Part shown: positions 51,681 to 64,000 of the stretch, piece by piece
How positions within the stretch are numbered: position 1 is the stretch's first letter
How the letters are laid out: each line of letters opens with the position of its first letter
Source of the DNA: Isurus oxyrinchus
Lineage: Eukaryota
DNA length: 64,000 nucleotides
Reading direction: 5' to 3'
NCBI GenBank assembly: GCA_026770705.1
Contig: JANJGN010000005.1
Span: 76,012,001 to 76,076,000 of the forward strand
The notes under the pieces: model-generated
Database searches by the model: none
What the model was told of the DNA's origin: nothing
What the model saw: the letters and a program-made list of their open reading frames with translations, nothing else
Translations under genes and position numbers: made by a program

Positions 51681-52400
51681 GGGCACTCCGGGTTTGTGGC
51701 TCCCATTAATGATGTGTCTACACAAGAATGTTTGCACAATCTGACACTCTCACCTCTGTGCACTGCATTCTTACCATCGTCAGAGACCCCTGCCTCTCCA
51801 TGGCGGCACTCTAGCTCCAAGGCAACCATTTCATACCATGTCAAGATTAGGAGTTTTGAGGGGTCTCCGCAGGTCCTTGACCTCTCAATGGTGTTATTGA
51901 TTCTCTTATCCTGAAAGGATATAGGAGCATGGATTTGTCCACTCTCTACCTGCAGCACCATTGCAGCCTGGCCAACCCCAACTGAAGAATGCCTTGCAGG
52001 ACACATCTGCTTCGTGGCCCTCGGCCCGCAAGGCACTCAGGCCAAGCAGCCAGGGTTCACCCCCTTGGTCAGATCGGTGTCAGTGACAGTTGGCACATAG
52101 ACTCTAAAACCCCTGAGCTCCATGGGGTGATGACCAGCCCTTAACACACTTCCATACTGATCCATGCCAACTCGGCACTCACCCTTGCTAAGCAAGCAGG
52201 TCATTGAGTCATTTATGGCACTGCATCCATGTGTGCCACACAGTGTTGTGGCTGCTGACCTTGGCTGCCACCCCTTCCCAGGCTTTTTTAATCAGGCTTG
52301 GTGGCCTCCTCCTGCCATCCCTCGGTATGAGAATATCCCGCCTGGCAGCGAACTCCTTCATGAGGACTTCGAGGCCGCGCCCACCAACAATTAGAACTGA
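51680..52400 (-). pseudogene. Harbinger Myb/SANT exon 1-2 fragment nested in Gypsy
   Basis: Minus strand KKAWEGVAAKV...TWMQCHK*LNDL (~52195-52290). Confidence 0.55.
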
Positions 52401-54556
52401 ATAGCACGTCGAACGAATACATAACTATTAACACACACAAGGGCCTCTATGAGCACACTCATTTACCCTTTGAAGTTCCATCAGCATGCGCTAGTTTCCA
52501 GAGAACAATGGAGATTCGTTCGCAAGGACTTCCCCGAGTGGTAATATATTTGGATGACGTTCTTACCTCTGGGTGAACCGAGACTGAACCTGGAGGAGGT
52601 GCTAAGAAAGCTCATGGAAGCTGGGATATGGTTAAAGAAGGAAAAATGCACCTTTCACGCACTAGAAGTTACTTACCTGGGTCACAGGGTGGATGCCATG
52701 TGTTTATATCCGGTAGAAGATAAGGTTCAGGCAATAAAAGATGCAACATCACCATCCAACATAACAGAACTCAAGTCCTTCCTGGGTATGATCAACTACT
52801 ATAGCTGCTCCTTATCTGACCTATCAAATGTTTTGGCACCATTACACTCGCTGTTAAAAATGGGTTCACAACATGAAGAAGCCTTTGTGAAAACAAATAA
52901 ATTGCTGCATTCGTCGTCTTTATTGGTACACCACGACCCATCGAAAGATCTGATATTAACATGTGATACCTCTCCTTATGGTGTAGGAGCCATGTTATCA
53001 CGTAAAATGGAAAATGGATCAGAAAGGCCCATTGGCTATGCCTCGAGAACCCTTTCCCAAGCTGAGAAGGGCTATTCTCAGTTAGAGAAAGAAGGATTAT
53101 CAGTAGTGTTCAGTGTAAAAAAAATTCACCAGTACCTACCATGGATGACATTTTATCATTGTGTTGGACCATAAACCATTAATGGGATTATCAGTGATGA
53201 CAAGGCCATTCTGCCAATAGCATCAGCAAGAATACAACGCTGGGCTCTGACATTATTTACATATGAGTATACTTTTATGTAATGCCCTGATTTACACATT
53301 GCAATGCAGTTGCACTCAGTCATCTCCTAATACCAGATAGTATTGTAAATATTCCCATATTTACAAGAATTAGTGACAGGCATTAACAGCCTGGTCAGGC
53401 ACTGTCTCCACTGTCAGCAACAACAGCAAGTTACCTGTTTCAGCTCCCCTACATCTGTGGGAGTGGCCTGGTTGACTCTGTGTTCGACTACATATTGATT
53501 ATGTAGGACTATTCTTAGGTACCGTGTTCTTGTTAATTATGGATGCACATTCAAAATGGATGTACAAAGTCAAATCACCAACGTGGACCATAAATATCGA
53601 GAAGCTACGTCAATGTTTCAGCATACATGGCCTACCTGTAATTGTCGTTTCAAATAATGGTACAGCCTTTAGCAGCGCTGAGTTTCAGAAATTTATGTAT
53701 CTGAATAGAATCTGACATATTAAAGCAGTCCTTTTGCAGCCCTCATTGAATGTCTAGCTGAGAGAGAAGTACAAACTTAAATCTGGTATGAAAATATTTA
53801 TCAGAAGGCACTCTGGAATTTCGACTTTCCTGGTTTCTCTTCAATTATCATACAATGCCATATTTGACTACAGGTTCAACATCGTTGGAGTTATTAATGA
53901 AACGTTGTCTGCGTACACGTTTACACTTGGTGTTTACGAATTTAGAGGGGAAGGTAGTACAGAACCAGAGTAATTAAAAATTTAACTAGAGTATACACAG
54001 TAAGGCTTGCACATTCACTGTAGGTGACACGGAATACGTGGAAAGTTTCGGCAGTGGGCCCTGCTGGGCTCCAGGAGCCATTGTATCAGAGGCTGGTCCA
54101 TTTTCATTCTAAGTGCAAGTGGGAGATAGAATCATCTGTAATCACATGGATCATATCCATGCCAGAGAGAAATTCCAAAAATTAACTGATCAACCTATGA
54201 TTAATGTTGAACCATCGACTCCTGAGGTATGTGGTCGACCTAGAATAGATATTCCAGATGTTTCAGAGGAGTTGCCATATCCTGAACTGTCTAATTCCAA
54301 TGACGTGTCTCATAGTGCTGTCAATCCTGTTCAGGAATCTCCAGTGATAGAGCTACGGCACCCTAGTATATGAAGAGCACCTCAGAGACTTGATTTATAA
54401 TCACCTGAAATTGTATGTATGCTTGTCGGGTTGTTTACATGTTTTTCTGTAAAGGGTAATTTAAAAAAAAATTAAAGGGGGAGGAAATGTGGTAACTGGA
54501 TGTATAGTCACTCCCTCTTGTCGATCATGGGTCATGTGATGTACTGCAGTGGCTTC

Positions 54557-55462
54557 TGTTGTAATGTAGCAGATGATGTGTGCCAGGTGGACAAAATCAC
54601 AAGGGAAATTTGGTGGTGCTATCATAACAGTTTTGCAATTTATATTTATTATGAGAAGATGTGTGCACTGAATTCAGAAGTAATAAGTCCACCAAGACCT
54701 TCAGAGATTTAAAAAATTGAAGTAAAATATTTACTAACAAAATATAATATTTCAAGCACATATATAAGACTACAATTGCTATGATAACTCCTAAAATTCC
54801 TAATTGACCTGACTCCCAGTTACACCCCCTTTAAGGCAACAGTCCAAAATAGATTATAGATTTAAAACAGAATCAGCAAGTTAAAACAATACCCACTTAA
54901 CAGTGAAATTCCAATTGGCTTTTCCCTAACTTCAGTTTCGTTATATAGCAGACTTATGTACAAATGGCTGGAGGCTTCATTAAGGCTACTTCACACTCTA
55001 CGTGGCCTTCTCTCATGTATCCTTTCATTCTCCTATATATATATATTTACATATTAAACATATATATATGTTTCTCTCTTTTTAATATGTAAATTCTACT
55101 GTTCCATATGCCTTTGAAACTGTATCTTCCTCATAGTATAAAACCTTTCATGTTGCCAATATTAACAATAACCTTTGGGAAAAATAAACATACTCCTTAG
55201 CCTTGCTTATCTGGCTGGTTGTAAACAGAGTAAGATCCCTTTGAAATCCAACAAGCCCTTCACACCTTACATGCTAAGCCAGCATCCATGTTTACTCATT
55301 AGCATGTCAAACACCTAGCTTCTTTTGATGATTTCAAGCTTGCAGTCTACTTTACTTCAAGTGTAATTAACTCACACAGACAGACGCAACTATACTTACC
55401 CCCATAAACCTACTTTACAATAAACCAGAAAATATTATGAAAATTATTATACTTTCATCACA
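54557..55462. mobile_element. Solo LTR (~906 bp) inserted in the Gypsy 3' LTR
   Basis: TG...CA ends with a 4-bp CTTC duplication (54553-54556 and 55463-55466). The host LTR sequence resumes immediately after it. Confidence 0.8.
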
Positions 55463-56272
55463 CTTCAACCAAGTGAGCTCTTAGTGTGGGCAATCCACAG
55501 GATGGAGCTTTTTCAGCTAAGATATCTGGTCGAGCATGCAAGCAGTGAAAATGCCACTGTACTAAATTTAACTGTTTCTTGATTAAACTAGTCTGCTCCA
55601 GAGAATCATCAAACATTGTATGCAATCTCAACAGTTACAATGGAACGTTGTTCACCAGAGAATTCTGTTACTGGCACCACTGAAGTTCACAAAATCAGGG
55701 AATTGAGTCTATATGATTGGAAGTCCAACAGTTTGGGACACATCTGTGGCACACAGCGAGAGTCTGTGGAATATGCTGTTGGGGGGAGGGGAGAGAATAC
55801 ATCACTAAAGAAATTCGAGATAGGTGAGATGAGCCTATTAAGGGATTCAAATACAATTTTAAATATTGAATCCTATCAACCTTGTAGGCGACTGCAGTAA
55901 AACAAACTTAACAAGTTATGGGAATGTATTATCAACGATATAAGGTATATATTAAAAAAATGTACTATTAACTGAATATTGGTCAAATTTTATCTGAAAT
56001 ATTGCATAGAATATTGGTCATCGTATGTTAAAAAAGGCAATGTGCCCCATGACAGTCGCTTCATAGAGCAACATAAATGAAGCTGATCCTGGCAATATAA
56101 GTAAAGGAAAAGTATAAGAAGTAGGGACTGTTCCCATTAGAAGCGAGATTCCAAAGTAATCTAATCAAAATTTAAAAATTATAAATGGTACTGGTAACAT
56201 TGATCCAGATGGTTGGTTTACACTGTCCAAAGGTCGCAACTAGAAGATATAATTTCATAATTCAGAAATTAA

Positions 56273-59200
56273 GGGCAGGATCATCTCAGATTTGCATTAA
56301 GTGCGGTAGCATATGGTAAAACGATGTTTTACCTGCCGGCTGTAATGACAGCTTTTCATGCCGTTTCATTCCAAACCCACTACATTAATAATGCATTCCT
56401 GGGAAATACACCATTTTGGGCAGGCTCTGATTTGCCCACTACACTATCACCTTGCCGCTTCAGCACGCCGGGCACCATATTGGGGAGCACCAAGATGTAG
56501 CGGCAGGATTAGGAAAGTTAAGAAGGTGTAGTTGTACAACCCGGGCACAGGTGTTAATCACTTGTACATACTTTTCACTATTGTCAATCAACTCCCAAGA
56601 GTGTCTCCATGCCTATGGCTCCTTGTTCTGATGAGCAGAGTCGGTTTCATTCAGATGTGAAGCCTTTCTGTACAAGATAAAGGCAGGTGTTTCAGTCCAG
56701 GGCCTCTTCCCTGTGCTTTGTGCAGCCTTCAGACCAAATTAATGGTCCGGCCTCACGCTCCCTGGACGCATTACTGCTGCACATGGACGGTGCTTGTCAT
56801 TGCTCCAGAATGTTGTGGGCAGGTGTCACAGCACCTTTAAGGTGGGGCTGGCCCCTATCTCTTCAGCATCTGTGACCAGTGATGCTGTGCTACTGAAGGG
56901 GTCAGGTGCTGAAGCCAGACAAATGATCAGATGCTTTTAAAGTTTCTTGATGCGTCTCTATGATGATCACAGGGCGCAAGCGAGCTGCCCTTGGCCAGAC
57001 AGGAATCAGACATTCTCAGTGGCTATATTAAGATTTATGGAGTGTCCTCATTGCATGTCGTCATCATCCTGCAATCAAGTGACTTGATTGAGGCTTCCAC
57101 TGCATCTCCATGACAGGAGCATTATCACAGAGGGTATGTGCGTTACCATAAGTCAGACTGGACTCAAACTTCATTAGATGCAAGGCAAGGATCTATGGTG
57201 TCTCCACATTGTATGTTGTCATCACCCTCCACAAATCTAGCAGCTATGAGGGCCTCTCAAGCATGCCTGCCTCATACGTTCACTTTGCTGCAGTCTGAGG
57301 CTGCTGCAAGGGTGTCATCAGCCACGGCCTCTGTGAGTAGCCCTCGTCCCCGAGAAGCCATCCCTGCAGCTCCTATGGACCCTGGAAGGCGTCAGGGATC
57401 TGTGACCGACTGAGAATGTAGGAGTCGTGCACACTCCCTGCAAACCGTATGCAGACCTGCAGGATGCATTTCTGGTGGTCATGCACAATCAGTGCATGGA
57501 ATACGGTGCAGTTGATATAGTTGACTCTGTGTTGCGATGGAGATCTGAGTACCATGTGAATGCAGTCAATGGCACCCTTCACCTGTCGGAAACCCGAGAC
57601 CTGGGCAAATCCAATTGGTCTTGCATCCTGGCTGTCCTGGTCCTGGGTGAAATGTACAAAGTTGTGTGCCCTCGTGAAGATAGATCTGTGACCTCATGGG
57701 TGCCTTTGTGGGTGGAGGCTTGTGATATCCCACAGAGGTCTGTAGAGCCCTGAAAGGAGCCACTGGCTTAAAAATTGAACACCACAATCACTTCATGGCC
57801 ACTGGCAGTGGATGCCCTCCATGTCCCTGTGGTACCAAGTTCTGCAGTAGCAGCAGATGGGACTGGCCAGTTCCCTAGACATGTGCAGTCTTCGGCAACA
57901 CTGGTTCTCAGTCATCTGCAGGAATGAAAGGCGGCATCTGTAGACCCCGGCTATAGCTAGGTGCCAACGGCTCACTGTGGCTTTTTGGCAGTGTTTACGG
58001 GAGCCCCAGACACCTCTTCTTCCTGAGGGTGCTACTGCTCCCTCCGCACAGCCAGATGCCTCCGTCTCTCTATTCTCAGTTGCTTCACTCTCTGTAAGCC
58101 ACAAGATCACCAGGCTCCATGATCCTGACATACTCCTCCTGCAGGATGAAGGAGAAAGAGAGATATATCGGTTAGCATGGGTGTACTAAGAACCTGCCTC
58201 GATTAAGTCTGAAGGCCCCTTAACACATCCCAGAGAGTGCTGGCCACTACTTGGATGGCCAGAGATTAGTGCGTTGCTTGGCTGTCCAAAACCCCACCTT
58301 CTTCCGCCTCACTCCACCTGACCGATTGGCAGCAGCTTTGCCCATTGGACTGCATGCTGTGCTCTCAGCTCAGGTGCAGGGCTGCACTGTTAGTTTGAAC
58401 CATGTGGGGGGCTGGTCCAAATCAGGATGCTGACATTGTAAGAGGCTACGTGCACCTTCACCAGTGACTGCTCCATGGCCAGCTTTAGCAAGGAGATTGT
58501 ACAGCATGTCCAGTCGCCCAATTGTTCGGCAGTCCACTAAAACACTCATTGCTTTGCCGTCTGTGCCTGAGATGTCAAACGCTCTTGAGCACTTGTTGGC
58601 ACTTTGATGCCTCTGCGTTGCTTGAGTTAGCAGATAAGCTAGCAGCCAGACTTCAATCATGTCAAAAATAAAAATAAAAATACCTGGAAAAATGCCCAAC
58701 CGCCTCCTCTTCACCATGGATATCCAATCCCTCTACACCTCCATCCCATACCAGGATGGTCTGAGGGCTCTCCGCTTCTTCCTTGAACAGAGGCCCGAAT
58801 AATCCCCCTCTACCACTACACTCCTCTGTCTGGCTGAACCTGTTCTCACACTGAACAATTTCTCCTTAAACTCCTCTCACGTCCTCCAAATAAAAGGTGT
58901 GGCTATGGGTACCTGCATGGGCCCCAGTTATCCTTGTCTCTTTATGGGGTATGTGGAACATTCCTTATTCCAGTCCTACTCCGGCCCCCTTCCACAACTC
59001 CTTCTCCGGTACATTGATGATTACTTCAGTGCTGCTTCATGCTCTCCTCTGGACCTGGAAAAATTTATTAATTTTGCTTCCAATTTCCACCCCTCCATAA
59101 TTTCACATGGTCCATCTCGGACACTTCCCTTCCTTGACCTCTCTGTCTCAATTTCTGGTGATAGTCAGTTCACCAACATTCATTACAAGCCTACCGACTC

Positions 59201-61216
59201 CCACAGCTACTTCGGCTATAGCTCCTCACACCCCGCTTCCTGTAAGGACTCCATCCCATTCTCCCAGTTTCTTAACTTCCGTCGCTCTGTTCTGATGACG
59301 CCACTTTCAAAAACAGTTCCCCTGAAATGTCTTCCTTCTTTCTTAACTGAGGTTTTCCACCTATGGTGGTTGACAGGGACCTCAACTGTGTCTGGCCCAT
59401 CTCCTGCGCATCCGCCCTCACACCTTCCTCTCCCTCTCAGAACCATGATAAGGTCCCCCTTGTCCTCACTTATCACCTCACCAGCCTCCGCATTCAAAGG
59501 ATCATCCTCCGCCATTTCTGCCAACTCCAGCATGATGCCACCACCAAACACATCTTCCCTTCACCCCCTCGGCAGCATTCTGCAGGGATCGTTCCCTCCG
59601 GGACACCCTGGTCCACTCCTCCATCACTCCCTGCACATCAACCCCCTCCCTCGGCACCTTCCCAAGCAACCACAGAAGGTGCAACACCTGCCATCTGCCC
59701 CTTTACTTTCCGTCTCCTCACTGTCCAAGGGCCCAAACACTCCTTTCAAATGAAGCAGCATTTCACTTGCACTTCCCTCAATTTAGTCTACTGTATTCGT
59801 TGCTCCCAATGCAGTTTCCTCTACATTGGAGAGATTAAAAGCAGATTGGGTGATCACTTTGCGGAACACCTTTGGTCTGTCCGCAAGCATGACCCAGACC
59901 TCCCTGTCGCTTGCCATTTCAACACTCCACCCTGTTCTCATGCCCACATGTCCGTCCTTGGCCTGCTGCATTGTTCCAGTGATGCTCAACACAAACTGGA
60001 GGAACAGCACCTCATCTTGCGACTAGGCACTTTACCGCCTTCCAGACTGAATATTGAGTTCAACAATTTTAGATCATGAACTCTCTCCTCCATCCCCACC
60101 CCCTTTCCGATCCCCCTCTTTTTTATCCAATAATTTATATAGATTTTTCTTTTCCCACCTATTTTCATTATTTTTAAATGTATTTCCATCCATTGTTTTA
60201 TCTCTACCTTTTACCCTTTTTTGATTCCTTCACCCCACCCCACCTCCACTAGGGCTATCTGTACCTTGCTTGTCCTGCTTTCTACCCTTAATTAGCACAT
60301 TTCTTAGATAACATCACCACCTTCAACACACCTTTGTCCTTTTGTCTGTGATATCTTTTGGTTATCTCTACCTATCACTGGCCCTCTATCCAGCTCTACC
60401 TGTGTCCCCCCCCCACTTCAAACCAGTTTATATTTCACCTCTCTTCTATTTTTACTTAGTTCTGTTGAAGAGTCATACGGACTCGAAACGTTAACTGTGT
60501 TCCTCTCCTCAGATGCTGCCAGTCCTGCTGAGTTTTTCCAGGTATTTTCATTTTTGTTTTGGATTTCCAGCATCTGCAGTTTTTTGCTTTTATCTTAGCT
60601 CCAATCATGTCAATGTGGCTGCACCTGAACTGTCTCAGCTGCACAGGAATTGTCGCTTTATACAAGGTTTCCCTAATCCATGATCTCTTCCCTCGCCCAT
60701 GCCCCCCACCCCGTACATACTTTTGTGCTAACTTCAACCATGGGGTAACCCTTGCACCTCCAACCCCCACAACGTGCCTCAATTGCACGGTAGCCTTCCC
60801 CACCTCCTCCAACATGTCTCAACCTTGAAGTCCAACAGGCGATCCGGCGAGCACTCTGCAGCGTTACTGTGTACTCACCTACGAGATTCCCTCAAAGTGT
60901 TACCTATGAAGTGCCTGCCTTTAACATGCTGTTGTAAAACATGGCGGCATGCATCAACACCAACGTGGGCGGAAAATCCAGCGACATGGTGGGGGGGAGC
61001 GATTCCGGCGAGCTGGGCTTATAATGATATGCAGATGTATTACAATCAGGTTCCCGACATCCAATGGCGGGAAACGCAACCCGCCATCGGCGGGCGGAGT
61101 GGACAATCACAAACTGGTTTCACGACGTCGTGAAACTGATTTTTTGTCTTCTTGCCATATTGTCTGCTCACGCCATCGAACATGCCTGATGCCAGCGGGC
61201 ACAGACGATTCCGCCC
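56273..61216 (-). mobile_element. PIF/Harbinger element (Myb gene deleted, decayed transposase) with both ends
   Basis: TIRs GGGCAGGATCATC and GACGATTCCGCCC, with TAA TSD at 56270-56272 and 61217-61219. Minus-strand GAIDCIHM and GSVHDSYIL. Splits an older CR1 remnant. Confidence 0.9.
58666..60601 (+). mobile_element. 5'-truncated Penelope-like element (RT, GIY-YIG, pseudo-LTR with hammerhead-like motif 60458-60496)
   Basis: LFTMDIQSLYTSIP, GVAMGTCMGP, RYIDD and NLVYCIRCSQCSFLYIGE motifs. Short inverted pLTR piece at the 5' junction. CAATCATGTCAA duplicated at 58654-58665 and 60602-60613. Confidence 0.93.
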
Positions 61217-63273
61217 TAAGATTAAAAGGGAAAGTCAGTCAGGATTACTTCACACAAAATGTAATAGGCATGGAATAAATTGTTAAAGAAAGTTAATGAG
61301 ATAAATAGTATTAATTTGTTAAAGACACTTCCAGAAAGGTAATGTTATGAAATAGTGTCCTCAAACAATGCATATCGGAGATTAAGCATTCACTCCCGCA
61401 ACCTAACTTTGGTAACTTTGGGAGATGCATAATCATGCTGAGTTATGTAGCCACATTCCTGATATGTGTTCCTGGGGTCCAAGGATTCCTCAGTAAGTAT
61501 AGTGTGTGAAATTACAATTTAGATTCTTGTGACAAAGGAAGAATTTGATCAATGTGGTTAGAAAGCAGACTTTAATTTAATCTCTTAAATAGCTGCTGAT
61601 TATTAACCGTGATTTTTGCTGATTATTACCAAACACCATAATGTGACTGCACCAGTGACCTGTGGTGTTCATTTCTTCTGTTGACCTGTCAAAAGTAAAT
61701 GGTGAGCATGAATGAAAACATATTTCAATTTAACATTGAAATTATTCTAACATTGCAATACCCTTGAATATTTTATGAAATGTAAACTGCTGCAATGCAG
61801 AAATTATGATATCTGATACCACATTCTGATTAAATTTAGAAATAAGGATAATGAATTGTGATGAGTTACTTCTGGGCTGACAATGAGAATGACACTTTGG
61901 AAAAATGATGTAAGGAGCTATTTGTTTGCCACCCCAGCATCTTTGTAACAAACAGCAATGCGGCTAATGTGGATCTGAATTTTAACAACCTTATAATGAC
62001 AGAATAGTAGCATATTCCTCTTTTAACTGCACATCAGTACCATCATTTTATGAAGTCTGGCAACATGCCACATAGGCACACAGCAATACACGTTAAAGAT
62101 TCCTGACCTGTCATGCGGACTGATTTATAAGCCTGACACCTATTCCGTCTTAATCAGTGCCAATACTTCAAAGAAACTAATCCATCATTCCTTCAGCTGG
62201 ACAAAGGACAGTGCTTACTAAAACATACAACTATCACACTGCATACTTAATTTACAATTATGAAATTATGAATAACCAAACATATCATTGTCCTTTATCA
62301 GGTATATGCAAACGCAAATGATGTTATATTTACTTGGATTGCTACATTTGCCTTGATTAAAATGCTGTGCACATTCCTCGATTGAATCTGAAAGTTCAGA
62401 GGCAAATTGTCTATACGTGCCTAATTTTTACTGGGCAGTCACATGTTTAAACATGTTATATCGAGTTCTTAGCAGCCTCTAGGTCTATGACATTACTTGT
62501 AAAGTAGATGAATTAGCTGGTTCAGGCTTCCAAATATCCACAACTGAATAATTCAGCATGTAATCAGCACCCCACCCTTGTTAAAGCACTTTCAGTCATT
62601 TTTTAGATCATGGAACATTCTTCATTTCCATTGCTAGATCTGTTGTGTGGCTACTGCCAACAAACCTTCCTTCCTTTTACAATTCATCAAGCAGCTTAAT
62701 GCAATTAATTGGACTAATACTCAGCCATAGTCAAGAGGTTGTTGTCGGTGTAAAGCATTGCATGGGTGACCATTGAATACAATTCCCAGGATTTCAAGGT
62801 TCGTGCAAGGTCCTAATTATGGGAATTCCTTTCAATGATATCAGGATGGAAATTCCAAGAGGCCCTTTTGAGGGTCAGGATTGGGTGCCATGAACTGAGT
62901 GCCTGTTCCAACCAGAAGGCCTGAAGCTAGCCTGAAATTGGGCCTCAGGCTTCCTTAACAATACTTGAGCAACCCAGAGGCATCTGTCACACCTCCACAG
63001 GCAGCTCAATGTTTCAAAAGATCAATGTCAGAATCTGAATCAGAATCAGTGCAGGAGGAGGCCATCGTGTCTGCACCGGCTCTCCGAATGAGCAATTTAT
63101 CTAGTGCCATTCCTCTGTAACCAAGCTAAGGTGGGTGGAATAGGGTGAAGGAGAATGGGAGGGGGAGGATTGCTGCTTGGAACAGCCTTTAAGATTACTG
63201 TAGTGCCAGGAAAACACCTGGCTCCACATCAAATCTACAAAATGACATTCAGCTTTGGCTTGCTTTGCCACCA

Positions 63274-64000
63274 GGGGCATAATTTTTAGCTCAGTGGGCG
63301 AGCATGCACCCGACCTGCTTGAGTAGTAAATAAAGTGCGTTGACATCAGCCGACTCTGGCGATGTCAACACGTACTCTCGCGATATTTCACTAGGTGGGT
63401 GCACGATGGAGATGGAGGCGCGCCCTCCATTAATTAATTGACCAGTTAAGGCCCATGAGACACCAATTGTCTCCAACTTTACGTAGCCCATGTGATTTTT
63501 AGGCTGTCGCATGGGCAGGTGGGCAGGCTGCAATTAGCTAAACCTCATCCATGGGTGTGATAAGAGGGGTCAGTGGCCTTGTCAAAGCGATTAGTAAGGA
63601 GTACGGGATTTCACTTGCTGCTGGTTGCTTCTGTGAACAGGACAGCTTCATCTCGCGTCAGAGCTTCATTCAGAGATTTTTGAAGCTTTAGTTCAGGACC
63701 CAATGTTGTTTTCCAGGCCCTCAGGGGATTCACACCACATGGGCCCTTCCAGGTATCAGACAGCCTTCCCTTATACTGCTAATGGGGATTGTGGTCTCTG
63801 CTGAAGGCACCTCCTCTGAGGAGGAAGAGAGGTCCAGAAGGGGGAGGAGGCCATGAGTCCCTATTCAGCTTCCAGGGGAGCCACCTGTGGGAGGAGAGGC
63901 GTTGACACAAAGAGCGCAGGGCCAACAGGAAGTCTAAGATGGAAGGGCCCGCAGAAGATGCCACAATCCTGCTGCCAGTGTTTACAGGCGGTGATGCAGC
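63274..64000 (+). mobile_element. Left end of a Harbinger related to the 26422 copy (runs off window)
   Basis: 63540-64000 aligns by eye with 26685-27125, the transposase 5' region. Confidence 0.75.

Larger units (their letters stand above)
49517..55580 (+). mobile_element. Gypsy LTR retrotransposon, decayed, with both LTRs and nested insertions
   Basis: 5' LTR TGTGGTAACTGG (49517-~49675) and PBS TGGCGACGAG (49677). gag from ~49753 with CCHC knuckles, RT YLDD (~52545), RNase H CDTSPYGVGA, and integrase (~53380-53930). PPT ~54473-54487. 3' LTR starts 54488 and resumes at 55463. Confidence 0.92.

Overview
Vertebrate, repeat-saturated non-genic (intergenic or intronic) DNA. The repeat spectrum (CR1 and L2 LINEs, Deu-type SINE, Penelope-like elements with minimal hammerheads, PIF/Harbinger elements with HARBI1-like transposase and Myb/SANT genes, Gypsy LTR elements, Tx1) points to a cartilaginous fish (inference). 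I found no convincing host gene exon. The standout is a ~4.17 kb array (14301-18468) bounded by one 16-bp direct repeat, TTACAACAATCTGGTT. It is built from a tRNA-Thr(UGU)-like Pol III SINE-type unit: about 11 headed copies plus 15 headless copies that all start at the same nucleotide (ATCAAGAG). Between the units are unique short spacers ending in oligo-T, an exact mature-length 5S rRNA copy, and a young 5'-truncated Tx1 LINE whose 3' end abuts the same ATCAAGAG site. The junction pattern suggests a self-targeting, template-jumping retrotransposition array that accumulates copies of Pol III transcripts; this mechanism is inferred and not demonstrated. Secondary points of interest are Penelope hammerhead ribozymes (one in a palindromic solo element), complementary-deleted Harbinger copies with a spliced Myb/SANT gene, a 122-bp TA-flanked MITE in a Gag zinc knuckle, and repeated local inverted duplications. 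All coordinates were read by eye, and boundaries of decayed elements are approximate.
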